A stretch of 64,000 nucleotides of DNA, taken from Patescibacteria group bacterium. Lineage in GTDB: Bacteria > Patescibacteriota > Minisyncoccia > UBA6257 > HR35. The notes beneath the pieces are model-generated. The model did not search any database. It had not been told where the DNA came from and was given only the letters and a program-made list of their open reading frames with translations. How positions within the stretch are numbered: the stretch's first letter is position 1; each line of letters opens with the position of its first letter. Location of the stretch: contig DAINRM010000003.1 of NCBI GenBank assembly GCA_036741875.1, positions 6,683 through 70,682 of the forward strand, read 5' to 3'. Below, in pieces: positions 39,301-47,615 of this stretch. The position numbers and the translations under genes were made by a program.

Positions 39301-39922
39301 AAATTGTGTCATCTAAAATTTGATCCCATTCTTCACGTTTACTTTGATAATCTTTAAAATATTCTAAATTAGGATTATATCTTCTAATTGCTTTTTCTTC
39401 ATCTTCGTTAATTCCATCATACTTTAATTTTATTGCTGCTGCATAAAGAGAATCTTCTAAATTCCAGGGATTTTTATTTTGAAGTTCTTTATATTGAAGC
39501 CAAGTTGTAGGTTGAAACTGAGTATAGCCAATCCCAAAATCAGGAGAAAATGGAACTTTATTAATATCTAAGCCTAAATTAGAAGTAATTTTTTCTAAAG
39601 TAGAATACTGTTGATGACACCATTGAGTTCGAGCTTCGATGGAATAACAATTTGTACCATTTATAGGTGGTATTAAACTTTTTAAATATTCGCAATACTT
39701 AACACAAGCAGTAATATTTTTATCTTTCGAACCTAAATTTCTACCTAAATCTTTTCCAAATCCACTTTCTTTTTCAATTATTGTCAAAATATAACTTGGT
39801 GTTTTTAATCCCACAATTTTGTATGCCTTATCTATTGCTTCAATAACTCTTTTCCATTCTAAAGCAAAAACTAAACCAATAAATAAAAACAAAAGCAAAA
39901 TAATTGCTTTTGTTTTATTCAT
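36338..39922 (-). CDS. Large (1194 aa) secreted/cell-surface protein: N-terminal MltB-like lytic transglycosylase domain, low-complexity N/S/T-rich linker, and two lamin-tail domains (LTD)
   Basis: Signal peptide MNKTKAIILLLFLFIGLVFA. LT-like block IIEKESGFGKDLG...GIGYTQFQPTTW (compare MltB ES...GAMGQxQFMPSTW). LTD1 KIIINEIQFETDDETKDEFIELYNPNNEEIDLTCWSL. LTD2 KILISKVKIVKGVDNNQGEFIEFYNPNEFPIDLSGWYL. Confidence 0.6.
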   Translation of the reverse strand: MNKTKAIILLLFLFIGLVFALEWKRVIEAIDKAYKIVGLKTPSYILTIIEKESGFGKDLGRNLGSKDKNITACVKYCEYLKSLIPPINGTNCYSIEARTQWCHQQYSTLEKITSNLGLDINKVPFSPDFGIGYTQFQPTTWLQYKELQNKNPWNLEDSLYAAAIKLKYDGINEDEEKAIRRYNPNLEYFKDYQSKREEWDQILDDTIFVYNCPSTDFSCSLSKIRTNYTECTDNDWPIKKKKECIKDKVALQKERKLAELEMKKRFLEMSIKTMSVKYFNSTPAIITSKNITEVKTNKALTSENKKLTSLENQNQNRDLNQNLITSNRDITFYSYEVYKKPKNQRKNKESQDNSNSNIANVLNEISKILTTSTKILSTSTQKTSDKELSQNNINQENNNNKPITLSYGGGRSFSNLSSKKDFCDDYKNKNYPKIIINEIQFETDDETKDEFIELYNPNNEEIDLTCWSLEKYASRQNPNSTPKLTTLIPSSKFKGKIKPYSYFLITSSSTKEKYQGDLSYAESYSIANNNVIILRKPNGEISDLIGYGDNIEKIYQYENSPFIAQSFDNKSIQRKNFQDTDNNSKDLWLHQPSPKNSFFTDLPRNDFVDLSEITFQNFDVNISTSSEGKFLEINFSLNADQDFSSNYYFEIKVSTSSDLSDLSLFNYLTSTFSLSSSTKDYLIKIPFENCLPSSIKFFVFIKDLIDDENQASTSTEVLFPKNLCFQDQIAECHVIDHSQDNFENARNEGKILISKVKIVKGVDNNQGEFIEFYNPNEFPIDLSGWYLKKITRNGNYSNLNLVAPTKIKAVIQPFSYFLIVNKETCNTLNISADYIYPTSSVYGLTYDNGLALFDNNDKLIDYLCWGDVENFNCLENPPENKVIERKKISHEEVLNQEELENLGNGYIAFDDDYNYLIRETFVFSDGVPYNSQIVKKVFKTINKPNLELKKDSTTYTLISFDNSIKETKEKPYHQFELVLSWLSPAYYETTSLFYVLNNSYLDEIRFKPLTFNSFKIDLSPSDLFLNLDYVINLSLYKSEETEISSTTLSYKFSGYNNNPEIPLKEIKFFEDENGEVKKISFENNSKGYQLINLRIIEKRDDGQGFNDLKIKVKSEEGEKILNLKYKETGDKICKNEYNFAYYEFYRDEYENYFLEPQKIYEFEIIEPENVYFFIKCEDKDYFFKIYGENMLFLE

Positions 39923-40613
39923 TTTTTTCTATAAATTTAAAGGTTTTAATGAAATCTTCTAATTTTTCGAGAGTATATCCGGGAATTCCGCCGGTTATTT
40001 CAATTGTTATAACTTTATTATCAAAAAAATACGTATAATTTATAGCTTCTGTAGATAAACCATAAACTTCGCTTTCGATGGATTCTGTATATTTATAAAA
40101 TTCAAGACCGCTATTAGTTAAAAATTTATCTGCATTTTTTACCGCTTGCTTCTTGTTTTCTACAAACTTAGGATCATCAAAAATATAAATACTATAGACA
40201 TGCCACCAAGATCTTGGCATGCCTATTTCATATCTTCCAGGATCATCAAAATAAAGAACTCTTGTATCTCTTGTTTGGTTCAATATTAACTCCTTTGGCA
40301 CTTCTATCTGATAACCTTCGGCATGATTAATAACTAATTTTCTGTCTCCCAGAGGAATGATTTCTACTCCTTCAAGCTGAATGTCTGTTGAAGTAGAAAT
40401 AAAATTTTCAAAACTCAAAATATTAGTTATTTTTTCTGTGTATTTTTCTTCGTCAAATTTTTGAATTCTTTCTATGTCTTTGTTTACTTTTTCAAGCTCT
40501 TTTTGAGTTTCTATTAGTTTTTGTCTTGGAAGATAAACTTGGAAATAATAGAAAGAAGATAAAAAAATTAAAACAAAGATAAAGAATAAAATTAGAAAAA
40601 TTTTCCCTTTCAT
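39915..40613 (-). CDS. Hypothetical membrane-anchored protein (232 aa) with a coiled-coil region and an extracytoplasmic domain
   Basis: N-terminal TM (ILFFIFVLIFLSSFYYF). Overlaps the start of the 1194-aa gene by 8 nt, so the two are likely co-transcribed. Confidence 0.4.
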   Translation of the reverse strand: MKGKIFLILFFIFVLIFLSSFYYFQVYLPRQKLIETQKELEKVNKDIERIQKFDEEKYTEKITNILSFENFISTSTDIQLEGVEIIPLGDRKLVINHAEGYQIEVPKELILNQTRDTRVLYFDDPGRYEIGMPRSWWHVYSIYIFDDPKFVENKKQAVKNADKFLTNSGLEFYKYTESIESEVYGLSTEAINYTYFFDNKVITIEITGGIPGYTLEKLEDFIKTFKFIEKNE

Positions 40614-40703
40614 ATTTTAAAAAATTATATAAAACAAAAAAATTAAATTTTCAAAAAAATTTTGTGAAAAACTAAAAACTATAAATTTTTAAACTCAAAG
40701 AAA

Positions 40704-41039
40704 TTATACTTCTTTATTTTGAAATTCTTGTAATTTTTTCTTTTCTTTTATTTTTTCTATCTTTCTTATAGCCCAACTTTCAAGTTTTAAAGATTCGATT
40801 TTAATTCTCATAAGAATTTTTTCAAAAAAATTTAAAAGAAGATAGTAAATAAAATTTAAAAATGGTGAATAAATTTTTTTGGCGAAGTTTAATCTAAAGA
40901 TTCTTATTTTGTTTTGAAGTTTAAGCCATTCAATATAGTCTTTTCTTTCAAGTTTTATATTTTTAGTTTGAAAATAAAGATAAACTATGCCTAAAAATAA
41001 AGAAAGAAAACTTAAGAAGATTAAAATAAAATTAATCAT
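40704..41039 (-). CDS. Hypothetical small membrane protein (111 aa)
   Basis: ORF with an N-terminal TM. Overlaps the tsf start by 8 nt. Confidence 0.35.
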   Translation of the reverse strand: MINFILIFLSFLSLFLGIVYLYFQTKNIKLERKDYIEWLKLQNKIRIFRLNFAKKIYSPFLNFIYYLLLNFFEKILMRIKIESLKLESWAIRKIEKIKEKKKLQEFQNKEV

Positions 41040-41622
41040 CTAAAGAAAGTCTTACAAATCTTCCTATTTCTATTTTTTCTCCAAATTTATTAACATAACT
41101 ATTTATAAGATCTCTAATCTTAATATTTTCATCTCTAAAATAAGGCTGATCTAAGAGAGAAACTTCTTCTAACCATTTTTCTAATTTTCCTTTAAAAATA
41201 GATTCTTGAACTTCTTGAGGTTTGTTTTCTAAACCAGCTAAAAATTCTTTTCTTTTTTCTTCTAAAACTTCTTGAGGAATATGTTCTAAAGAAATGTAAA
41301 GTGGCTTTAAAGCAGCAACTTGAATAGCTAATTCATAAGCTAATTTTTTAAATTCCTCGTTTTGAGCTACAAAGTCAGTTTCACATTTAAGTTCGAGCAA
41401 AGAAGCTATTCTGCCGTTAAAATGAACGTAAGCAGCCACTCTGCCTTGTGAAGTTTTAACCTCTTTCTTTTTTTCTAAAAGAGATTCTCCTTTTTTTCTT
41501 AAATACTCCTCTGCTTTTTCTAAATCATAGTTTGAATTTTGAAGAGCTTCTAAACATTTCCCCAAGGGGGCACCTGTTTTTTCTCTTAAAACTTTTACCT
41601 TTTCCAAGATTTCTTTATCCAT
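41032..41622 (-). CDS. tsf: Elongation factor Ts
   Basis: MDKEILEKVKVLREKTGAPLGKCLEALQNSNYDLEKAEEYLRKKG is the EF-Ts UBA-like N-terminus. Follows rpsB. Confidence 0.85.
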   Translation of the reverse strand: MDKEILEKVKVLREKTGAPLGKCLEALQNSNYDLEKAEEYLRKKGESLLEKKKEVKTSQGRVAAYVHFNGRIASLLELKCETDFVAQNEEFKKLAYELAIQVAALKPLYISLEHIPQEVLEEKRKEFLAGLENKPQEVQESIFKGKLEKWLEEVSLLDQPYFRDENIKIRDLINSYVNKFGEKIEIGRFVRLSLDD

Positions 41623-41630
41623 TATTTTAT

Positions 41631-42347
41631 TTAACTATTTAATTTTGACTTAATTTTTTCTTCTAACCAGTTTATTACAAACGAGATACTTCGAGGAGCT
41701 TTGTCATTACAAGGAACAAAATAATTAACTCCGGTTATATCATTATCAGAACCAGCTAAGGCAAAAATAGGTATTTTAAGCTTAAGAGCTTCTCTTTTAG
41801 CAGTGAGATGAGATGGATGAGCTAAATTAACAATAAAAAGAGCGTCTGGAAGTTTTTCTAATTTAATTACCCCGCTATAAATATTTTTTAACTTATTAAG
41901 TTCTCTTTCAAGTTTTGATCTTTCTTTTGGAGGATATTCCTCTAACTCTTTGGTTTCTTCTTTTTTAAGTAAATCTTTAAAATAAGCTAAACGGGAAAGA
42001 GAAGTTGAAAAATTTGTTAAAAAACCGCCAACCCACTTATAATTCATATAAGGCTGATTAAAGGTTAAAGCAAAATTAGCTACTCTTGAAGAAGCTGCTG
42101 GCGTTATAGCTACAAAAAGAATTGTTTTTTCTGATTTTAGGTAATCTGTTAAAGCATTAGCCATTTCGTTCATTTTTTGAAAAGTTAATTGAAGATTAAA
42201 AATTTCAATATTATATAAAGTATTAATCAAAAATGGTCTCATCGTTGGATGAGTATATTTTTTAGCTCTTCCATACTGAACACCAGCTTTTTGCATTTCT
42301 TCAAAAATTGTTCTTTCTTCTGTGATCATGATTATTTTTTGATTCAT
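41631..42347 (-). CDS. rpsB: 30S ribosomal protein S2
   Basis: 238 aa S2 family (MITEERTIFEEMQKAGVQYGRAKKYTHPTMRPFL...). The rpsB-tsf arrangement is canonical. Confidence 0.85.
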   Translation of the reverse strand: MNQKIIMITEERTIFEEMQKAGVQYGRAKKYTHPTMRPFLINTLYNIEIFNLQLTFQKMNEMANALTDYLKSEKTILFVAITPAASSRVANFALTFNQPYMNYKWVGGFLTNFSTSLSRLAYFKDLLKKEETKELEEYPPKERSKLERELNKLKNIYSGVIKLEKLPDALFIVNLAHPSHLTAKREALKLKIPIFALAGSDNDITGVNYFVPCNDKAPRSISFVINWLEEKIKSKLNS

Positions 42348-42389
42348 AATTTTTTATTTTATCAAAAAAATTGTTATAATTAAATTACT

Positions 42390-42602
42390 ATGAAAAAGAA
42401 AATTCATCCTCAATATATTCTAACAAAAGTAAGGTGTGCTTGTGGCGCTGAATATGAAGTTTACGGAACAAAAAAAGAAATTTTTGTAGAAGCTTGCAAA
42501 AGTTGTTCTCCTCTTTTTACTGGTAAAGAAGAAACAAAAGTTATTATTGGTAGAGTTGAAAAATTTGTTAAAAAATATTCTAAAAAGAAAAAAGAGGAGT
42601 AA
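42390..42602 (+). CDS. rpmE: 50S ribosomal protein L31
   Basis: MKKKIHPQYILTKVRCACGAEYEVYGTKK...CKSCSP is an L31 Cys motif. Confidence 0.85.
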   Translation: MKKKIHPQYILTKVRCACGAEYEVYGTKKEIFVEACKSCSPLFTGKEETKVIIGRVEKFVKKYSKKKKEE

Positions 42603-42637
42603 TTTAAATTATAACTTAGTTCTTTAAAAATTTAAAA

Positions 42638-43372
42638 ATGGAAAACAAAGAAATTCAGAGTATTTATTTTGAAATTAGAGCTGGTGTAGGTGGCGAAGAG
42701 GCTTCTCTTTTTGCTCGTGATCTTTGGAGAATGTATAGTAAGTTTTTTGATAGAAGGGGTTGGAAATATAGAATCTTAGATATCTCTGAAAGCGATTTAG
42801 GTGGCATAAAAACTTTAGTAGCGGAGGTTACTGGTGAACGTGTTTATGATCTTTTAAAACAAGAAGCTGGTGTTCATCGAGTTCAAAGAATTCCTATCAC
42901 AGAAAAAAGTGGAAGAATTCATACCTCTACTGCTTCAGTGGCTATTTTACCAAAACTTTCTTTACCTCAAATTCAAATAAAAGAATCTGATATAGAAATA
43001 GAATTTTTTAGATCTGGTGGACCTGGAGGACAAAATGTAAATAAGGTAGAAACTGCTGTAAGAATAAGACATAAACCCACAGGAATTGTTGTTTCTTGTC
43101 AAGTAGAAAGAAGTCAGCAAAGAAATAGAGAAATTGCTATGGAAATGTTAAAAAACAAAATATGGCAAATGGAACAAGAAAAAATTTTAGGAAACTTAAC
43201 AGAAGAAAGAAGAAAACAAATAGGTTCGCAAGAAAGATCTGAAAAAATTAGAACTTACAACTTTCCTCAAAATAGAGTGACTGACCACAGAATAAATAAA
43301 AGCTGGTATGATTTAGACGAAATTATGGAAGGAAAATTAGATAAAATAATTGAAGCTTTCCAAAAAAAGTAA
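42638..43372 (+). CDS. prfA: Class I peptide chain release factor, RF1-like (PxT = PIT, GGQ present), lacking the N-terminal domain 1
   Basis: 244 aa. Aligns to E. coli RF1 from about residue 107 onward: [22 protein letters not shown]; [20 protein letters not shown]; [28 protein letters not shown]; [13 protein letters not shown]. Only 35 nt separate it from rpmE upstream. Confidence 0.75.
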   Translation: MENKEIQSIYFEIRAGVGGEEASLFARDLWRMYSKFFDRRGWKYRILDISESDLGGIKTLVAEVTGERVYDLLKQEAGVHRVQRIPITEKSGRIHTSTASVAILPKLSLPQIQIKESDIEIEFFRSGGPGGQNVNKVETAVRIRHKPTGIVVSCQVERSQQRNREIAMEMLKNKIWQMEQEKILGNLTEERRKQIGSQERSEKIRTYNFPQNRVTDHRINKSWYDLDEIMEGKLDKIIEAFQKK

Positions 43373-43394
43373 GTTGATTTATAATTTAAATAAG

Positions 43395-43466
43395 GGCACG
43401 GTGGCGGAGTGGTTACGCAGCGGTCTGCAAAACCGCTTTACGCCGGTTCGAATCCGGCCCGTGCCT
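43395..43466 (+). tRNA. tRNA-Cys (anticodon GCA), discriminator U73
   Basis: Acceptor GGCACGG/CCGTGCC, anticodon stem GCGGT/ACCGC with loop CTGCAAA, T-arm GCCGG TTCGAAT CCGGC, and a 3-bp D-stem. Confidence 0.75.
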
Positions 43467-43470
43467 CGAA

Positions 43471-44259
43471 TTATAAATATCCGATTTCTTTAAGATAATC
43501 TCTATACTCCCATTCCCAAAGAGTTTTACAACCAAGAAAGGCTTTAAAATCTTCTTCAACATTATCAAAAGCTTTAAGTTCCCATTCTCCTAAAATATCA
43601 CCAAACTTATGATCGCAAAAGGCATCACCACCTTCTATTTTTGAACCCATCTTTCTTAATTTCATCACCGCTCCACATTTTTCACAAATTCTTTTTTGAT
43701 TAATTCTTAAAACATATCTCTTTTCTAAGGGTTTAAGAAGAGGAATTTTTCTTCCTTTTTCATCTCTAAAAAATCCTTCTTCATTTAAGGCCATAAAATA
43801 AGCTGATGTTTGAAGTCTATAATCCTCGTAAATACTTTGAGAAGTTTTAATATCAATTAAAGAAAATTGCCCATCAAGTTCACCAATAATATCAAAAGTT
43901 CCAGCATAACGATGAAGAAAATGAACTGTTTTTTTCTCTAACCAGTCTTCTCTGGAAAAAAAAGAGTGATTTTTAAGAAAATCTTCGAAAGCTTTTTTAA
44001 TACCTTCATATTCTGGAGGAACAATAATTTGTCTTCTTTGTATAAAGCTTTCAATAATTTCATGAATTATTTTCCCTTCATCAGCTGCTTTTATTTTTTT
44101 GTTAGTAGCTTCTTTAAAGTTTGGTGCCTCAGCATAAAAATAGTAAAGAGCAGGCTTACTTTTAATTTCACAAATTTTTGTTACCCGTGGATACCAGGTG
44201 TTATCTATTATATAACCAAATTCTTTTTTAAATTCTTCAAGATTATTTATTTTATTCAT
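43471..44259 (-). CDS. PD-(D/E)xK nuclease of the RecB/Cas4-like family with a putative 4-Cys cluster
   Basis: GTFDIIGELDGQFSLIDIKTS (D...D/E-x-K), QTSAYFMAL (QxxxY). Cys pattern: one N-terminal Cys (RVTKICEIK) plus CEKCGAVMKLRKMGSKIEGGDAFC at the C-terminus. Confidence 0.6.
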   Translation of the reverse strand: MNKINNLEEFKKEFGYIIDNTWYPRVTKICEIKSKPALYYFYAEAPNFKEATNKKIKAADEGKIIHEIIESFIQRRQIIVPPEYEGIKKAFEDFLKNHSFFSREDWLEKKTVHFLHRYAGTFDIIGELDGQFSLIDIKTSQSIYEDYRLQTSAYFMALNEEGFFRDEKGRKIPLLKPLEKRYVLRINQKRICEKCGAVMKLRKMGSKIEGGDAFCDHKFGDILGEWELKAFDNVEEDFKAFLGCKTLWEWEYRDYLKEIGYL

Positions 44260-44262
44260 CTT

Positions 44263-44940
44263 TTAAAAATATCTTAAATAATTCGTCCAAAGTTCATAAA
44301 TTTTAGCTGTGGTTAAAACATCGCCTAAAGCGTAATAAACTAAACTTTTATAATCTTTATTTTTTATAATATCTCTTACTTTTTTACCATCAAATTTTTC
44401 CTTAGGATCTTCTAAGCCAAAAGAAAAGGCTGTCAATTTTAAACTTAGTTTTTGAATTCTATTATTAAAACTTAGTTTTTCATAAAGATCGATATGATAT
44501 TCTTTATCTAAAATAGCGTAGGTTGGTCTAATTTTGTGTTTTAAAGAACGATAAAGTAAAAAAGGTATATCAAATTTATTACCATTGAAAGTGATAATTT
44601 CCTGATAATTAGGAACAATTTCCCAAAATTTTTTTATTAATTCTTCTTCTGAGCTAAACCTTTTAAAATCTATCAAATTTTCTGACCAATCTTCAATTTC
44701 CTCTTTACTTTGAAAATAAACAGCTCCTCTTTGAGTATCTGGATTATAAAAACTAATAGCCACTATTTCGCTAAATTGTGGTAAGAGAGAGATTTTTTCA
44801 TTAATAATTTCAATAAGATCTTCTCTTGATTTTTCTTTGAAATCATTAGAAAATTTTTCTAAAAGATATTCTTGAATTTCTATGGGAAGTTCAGCAAATT
44901 CTGGTCCATAAGTTTCGATGTCGAAAATTAATTTTTGCAT
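44263..44940 (-). CDS. DEDDy-type 3'-5' exonuclease (RNase H-like fold, related to the PolB exonuclease domain; YprB/RNase_H_2-like)
   Basis: Exo I LIFDIETYG, Exo II ITFNGNKFDIPFLLYRS, Exo III YYALGDVLTTAKIYE. Confidence 0.65.
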   Translation of the reverse strand: MQKLIFDIETYGPEFAELPIEIQEYLLEKFSNDFKEKSREDLIEIINEKISLLPQFSEIVAISFYNPDTQRGAVYFQSKEEIEDWSENLIDFKRFSSEEELIKKFWEIVPNYQEIITFNGNKFDIPFLLYRSLKHKIRPTYAILDKEYHIDLYEKLSFNNRIQKLSLKLTAFSFGLEDPKEKFDGKKVRDIIKNKDYKSLVYYALGDVLTTAKIYELWTNYLRYF

Positions 44941-44946
44941 TTAATA

Positions 44947-45429
44947 ATGATGTATGAATTAGTTACTTTTCCTAATGATATTTTAAAACAAAAAACGGTT
45001 GAGGTAAAAGAGATAGATAAAAGCATAAAAAAAATTGTTAGTGAAATGAAAAAAATTATGAAAAAACATCATGGAGTTGGTTTAGCAGCTAATCAAATAG
45101 GTCTCAATCTTTCTATTTTTATTGCTGAAGACAAAGATAAAATTTTAACTTTTATTAATCCTAAAATTATAAAATTTGAAGGAGAAAAAATTTTACTTGA
45201 AGAAGGTTGTCTTTCTCTTCCAGAAATTTGGGGAAAAATAAAAAGATATCCTAAGGTAGAGGTAGAATATATAGATCTTTTTGGTAAAAAAAGAAAAATA
45301 AAAGCTAAGGGTCTTTTAGCTCAAATTATTCAACATGAAATTGATCATCTAAATGGAATACTTTTTGCTGAAAAAGCAGAAAAACTTTATAAATTCGAAG
45401 AAATTAATAAAGATGAAATATTCAAATAA
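44947..45429 (+). CDS. def: Peptide deformylase
   Basis: GVGLAANQIG, EGCLSLPE and HEIDHLNG are the three PDF motifs. The ORF-track start at 44935 is a TTG, so the ATG at 44947 is preferred. Confidence 0.9.
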   Translation: MMYELVTFPNDILKQKTVEVKEIDKSIKKIVSEMKKIMKKHHGVGLAANQIGLNLSIFIAEDKDKILTFINPKIIKFEGEKILLEEGCLSLPEIWGKIKRYPKVEVEYIDLFGKKRKIKAKGLLAQIIQHEIDHLNGILFAEKAEKLYKFEEINKDEIFK

Positions 45430-46392
45430 ATGAAAAAGATTTTACCTATAATTTTTTTTAGCTCATCAAGATTTGGTATTTACGTTTTAAAGGAGTTTTT
45501 AAAATTTTATAAGATTCTTTTAATTTTTACCCTACCAGCTAAAAGTAAGGGAAGAGGACTTAAGGTTTCCCCTAATGAAGTTTATCTTTTTGCTTTAAAA
45601 GAAAAAATACCTGTTTTAGAAATAAAAAATTGGGATGAAGTTAAAAAGGAGCTTAATTTAATAAAACCTTTAGCTGGAGTAATTGCCGGGTTTGGAAAAA
45701 TTATACCTAAAGAAATTATAGAGATTTTTCCATTGGGCATTTTAAATGTTCACCCTTCTCTTCTTCCAAAATATAGAGGCCCAAATCCTATAAGAGAAAC
45801 AATTTTAAATGGTGATCAAGAAACAGGGGTAACTATTTTTTTAATTGACGAACTTGTAGATCATGGACCTATAGTTGCTCAAGAAGGTATATTTCTCAAA
45901 GGAAAAGAAAATTATCTTGAACTTGAAGAAAATTTAGGAAAATTGGGTGGTTTTAAGCTTAGAGAAATTATTGAACCATTTTTAGAAAAGAAAATAGAGT
46001 TAATACCTCAAGATGAAACTAAAGCAACTTATACAAGAAAAATAAAATTTGAAGATGGGTATTTAGATTTTAAAGATCCTTATGAAATTTGGTATAGAAA
46101 AATAAGAGCTTTAAATCCTGAGCCAGGAACTTATATTTACATTTGGCATAAAGGAATAAAGAAAATACTGAAAATTTTTTCCATAGAGAAAATTGATGAA
46201 AAAAATTTAGATGAAAAAACAAAAGAAATAAACTTAGGAGATTTTTTTAGATATAAAAATGAATTAGGTCTTAAAATTAATGGAAGTTATATAGTTATAC
46301 ACGAACTTCAGCTTCAAGACAGAAAAAAAATGAGTTCAAAGGAATTTTTAAATGGTTACCCCTTAGAAAGCTTTAGTTTAGTTAAAAATTAA
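45430..46392 (+). CDS. fmt: Methionyl-tRNA formyltransferase
   Basis: ILNVHPSLLPKYRGPNPIRETILNGDQETGVTIF is the formyltransferase core. def-fmt operon. Confidence 0.9.
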   Translation: MKKILPIIFFSSSRFGIYVLKEFLKFYKILLIFTLPAKSKGRGLKVSPNEVYLFALKEKIPVLEIKNWDEVKKELNLIKPLAGVIAGFGKIIPKEIIEIFPLGILNVHPSLLPKYRGPNPIRETILNGDQETGVTIFLIDELVDHGPIVAQEGIFLKGKENYLELEENLGKLGGFKLREIIEPFLEKKIELIPQDETKATYTRKIKFEDGYLDFKDPYEIWYRKIRALNPEPGTYIYIWHKGIKKILKIFSIEKIDEKNLDEKTKEINLGDFFRYKNELGLKINGSYIVIHELQLQDRKKMSSKEFLNGYPLESFSLVKN

Positions 46393-46955
46393 TAAAGATT
46401 TTTATTTGGACCAACCTCATAAAGCGTATTTTGATTACCTCCATCGTTTATCATAGCACTAGTATCTCCTTCAAGTCTTGCGTTTAATTCATATTCCCCA
46501 ACATCACTTGTGCAAACAAAAGCGTAAAGATAACCAACTCCTCCAATGGTTCTATTTATAGGATCTAAAGGAAGAGATGATAAATTAACTAAAGTAGAAG
46601 AAGCTAAATTAACATATCTTACCCAGCCGGTTCCATTAATAGCGGTACTAGTTGTTCCTGTAGCCGTATAACCTGCAGGAATTGCCGGCCAACCAGATGG
46701 ATTGCTGGTTCTAGTTTCTGAAAAAGAAATAGTGTTTCCTGGACACCAACTTAGAGAAACAGAAGGATTTTGCATTGCATCAGCTAAATATATATCTATA
46801 GCTCTTTGAACATTATTTAAATCTCCTTTTCTTTGAGTATCTCTAGCTCTTATAAATATCTCTTGTGGTCTAATAACGACAATAAGAACCCCCGCTAAAA
46901 TAGAAATTAAAGCTAAGACTATTAAAAGTTCCATTAAAGTAAAACCTTTTTTCAT
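46389..46955 (-). CDS. Type IV pilin-like protein with a prepilin signal
   Basis: MKKGFTLMELLIVLALISILAGVLIVVI is a class III signal peptide (G/FTLxE). Confidence 0.65.
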   Translation of the reverse strand: MKKGFTLMELLIVLALISILAGVLIVVIRPQEIFIRARDTQRKGDLNNVQRAIDIYLADAMQNPSVSLSWCPGNTISFSETRTSNPSGWPAIPAGYTATGTTSTAINGTGWVRYVNLASSTLVNLSSLPLDPINRTIGGVGYLYAFVCTSDVGEYELNARLEGDTSAMINDGGNQNTLYEVGPNKNLY

Positions 46956-47019
46956 ATTTTAATATTTAAAATTAATTTGACCTAAAGATAAATTTATTAT
47001 AATACAAAATACAAAAAAT

Positions 47020-47511
47020 GTGTATAATTTAATTAAGATGCTTTCTGGTTTCAAAAGGGCTAACGGTGAGATTTTAAATAAGGAGGATCTTTTAAAATCA
47101 ATAGAAAATTTTATAAAAGAAAATAAAAATTTTGAATATAAAGTTATGGTGGGTACTGACTCAGAAATGTTTGAAAAAAAAGTAGAATTTATTTCTGTCA
47201 TAGCAGTGCATAGAATTGGCAGAGGAGGAAGATTTTTTTGGAAAAAGACTTTTTTTAATAAACCTTTAGCTTTATATGACAGGCTTTGGCAAGAAGCTAT
47301 AATTTCTTTAAATATTAGTGAAGAACTTATAAAAGAATTAAATAAAAGAGATGTGATTTTTTCTTTTGAACTTCATTTAGATTTAGGAACAAATGGAAAA
47401 AGTCATTCTACTATTAGAGAAATTATAAGCTTGGTAAAAAGTTACGGTTTTGAAGTTAAAACAAAACCATTTTCTTATGCTGCTTCTAAAGTTGCCGATA
47501 AACTTCTTTAA
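47020..47511 (+). CDS. Hypothetical protein (163 aa), possibly an RNase H-like fold
   Basis: ORF only. EYKVMVGTDSE...ISVIAVHRIGRGGRFFW resembles the beta-strand + Asp start of RNase H-like families (DUF458/YkuK-like). Not verified. Confidence 0.35.
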   Translation: MYNLIKMLSGFKRANGEILNKEDLLKSIENFIKENKNFEYKVMVGTDSEMFEKKVEFISVIAVHRIGRGGRFFWKKTFFNKPLALYDRLWQEAIISLNISEELIKELNKRDVIFSFELHLDLGTNGKSHSTIREIISLVKSYGFEVKTKPFSYAASKVADKLL

Positions 47512-47588
47512 TTTTCTTGAAATTAATCTAAAAAAGCTTTATAATTTATTTTACTGGGGCTCGTTGAAGTTTTTTGACGGCTCCTCTC

Positions 47589-47612
47589 TGCCCTGCCTTT
47601 AGAGGCAGGGCG
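47589..47612 (+). other. GC-rich hairpin (GCCCTGCC-TTTAGA-GGCAGGGC) immediately upstream of tRNA-Lys
   Basis: An 8-bp perfect GC-rich stem, unusual in this AT-rich genome, 4 nt before the tRNA 5' end. No downstream T-run, so not a classic terminator. Confidence 0.3.
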
Positions 47613-47615
47613 AAA

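Noticed and set aside
43471-44940. Possibility that the Cas4-like nuclease marks a CRISPR-Cas locus
   Set aside because: No cas1, cas2 or other cas genes and no repeat-spacer array occur within the window. The partner is a DEDD exonuclease. It is treated as a stand-alone Cas4-family (RecB-like) nuclease.
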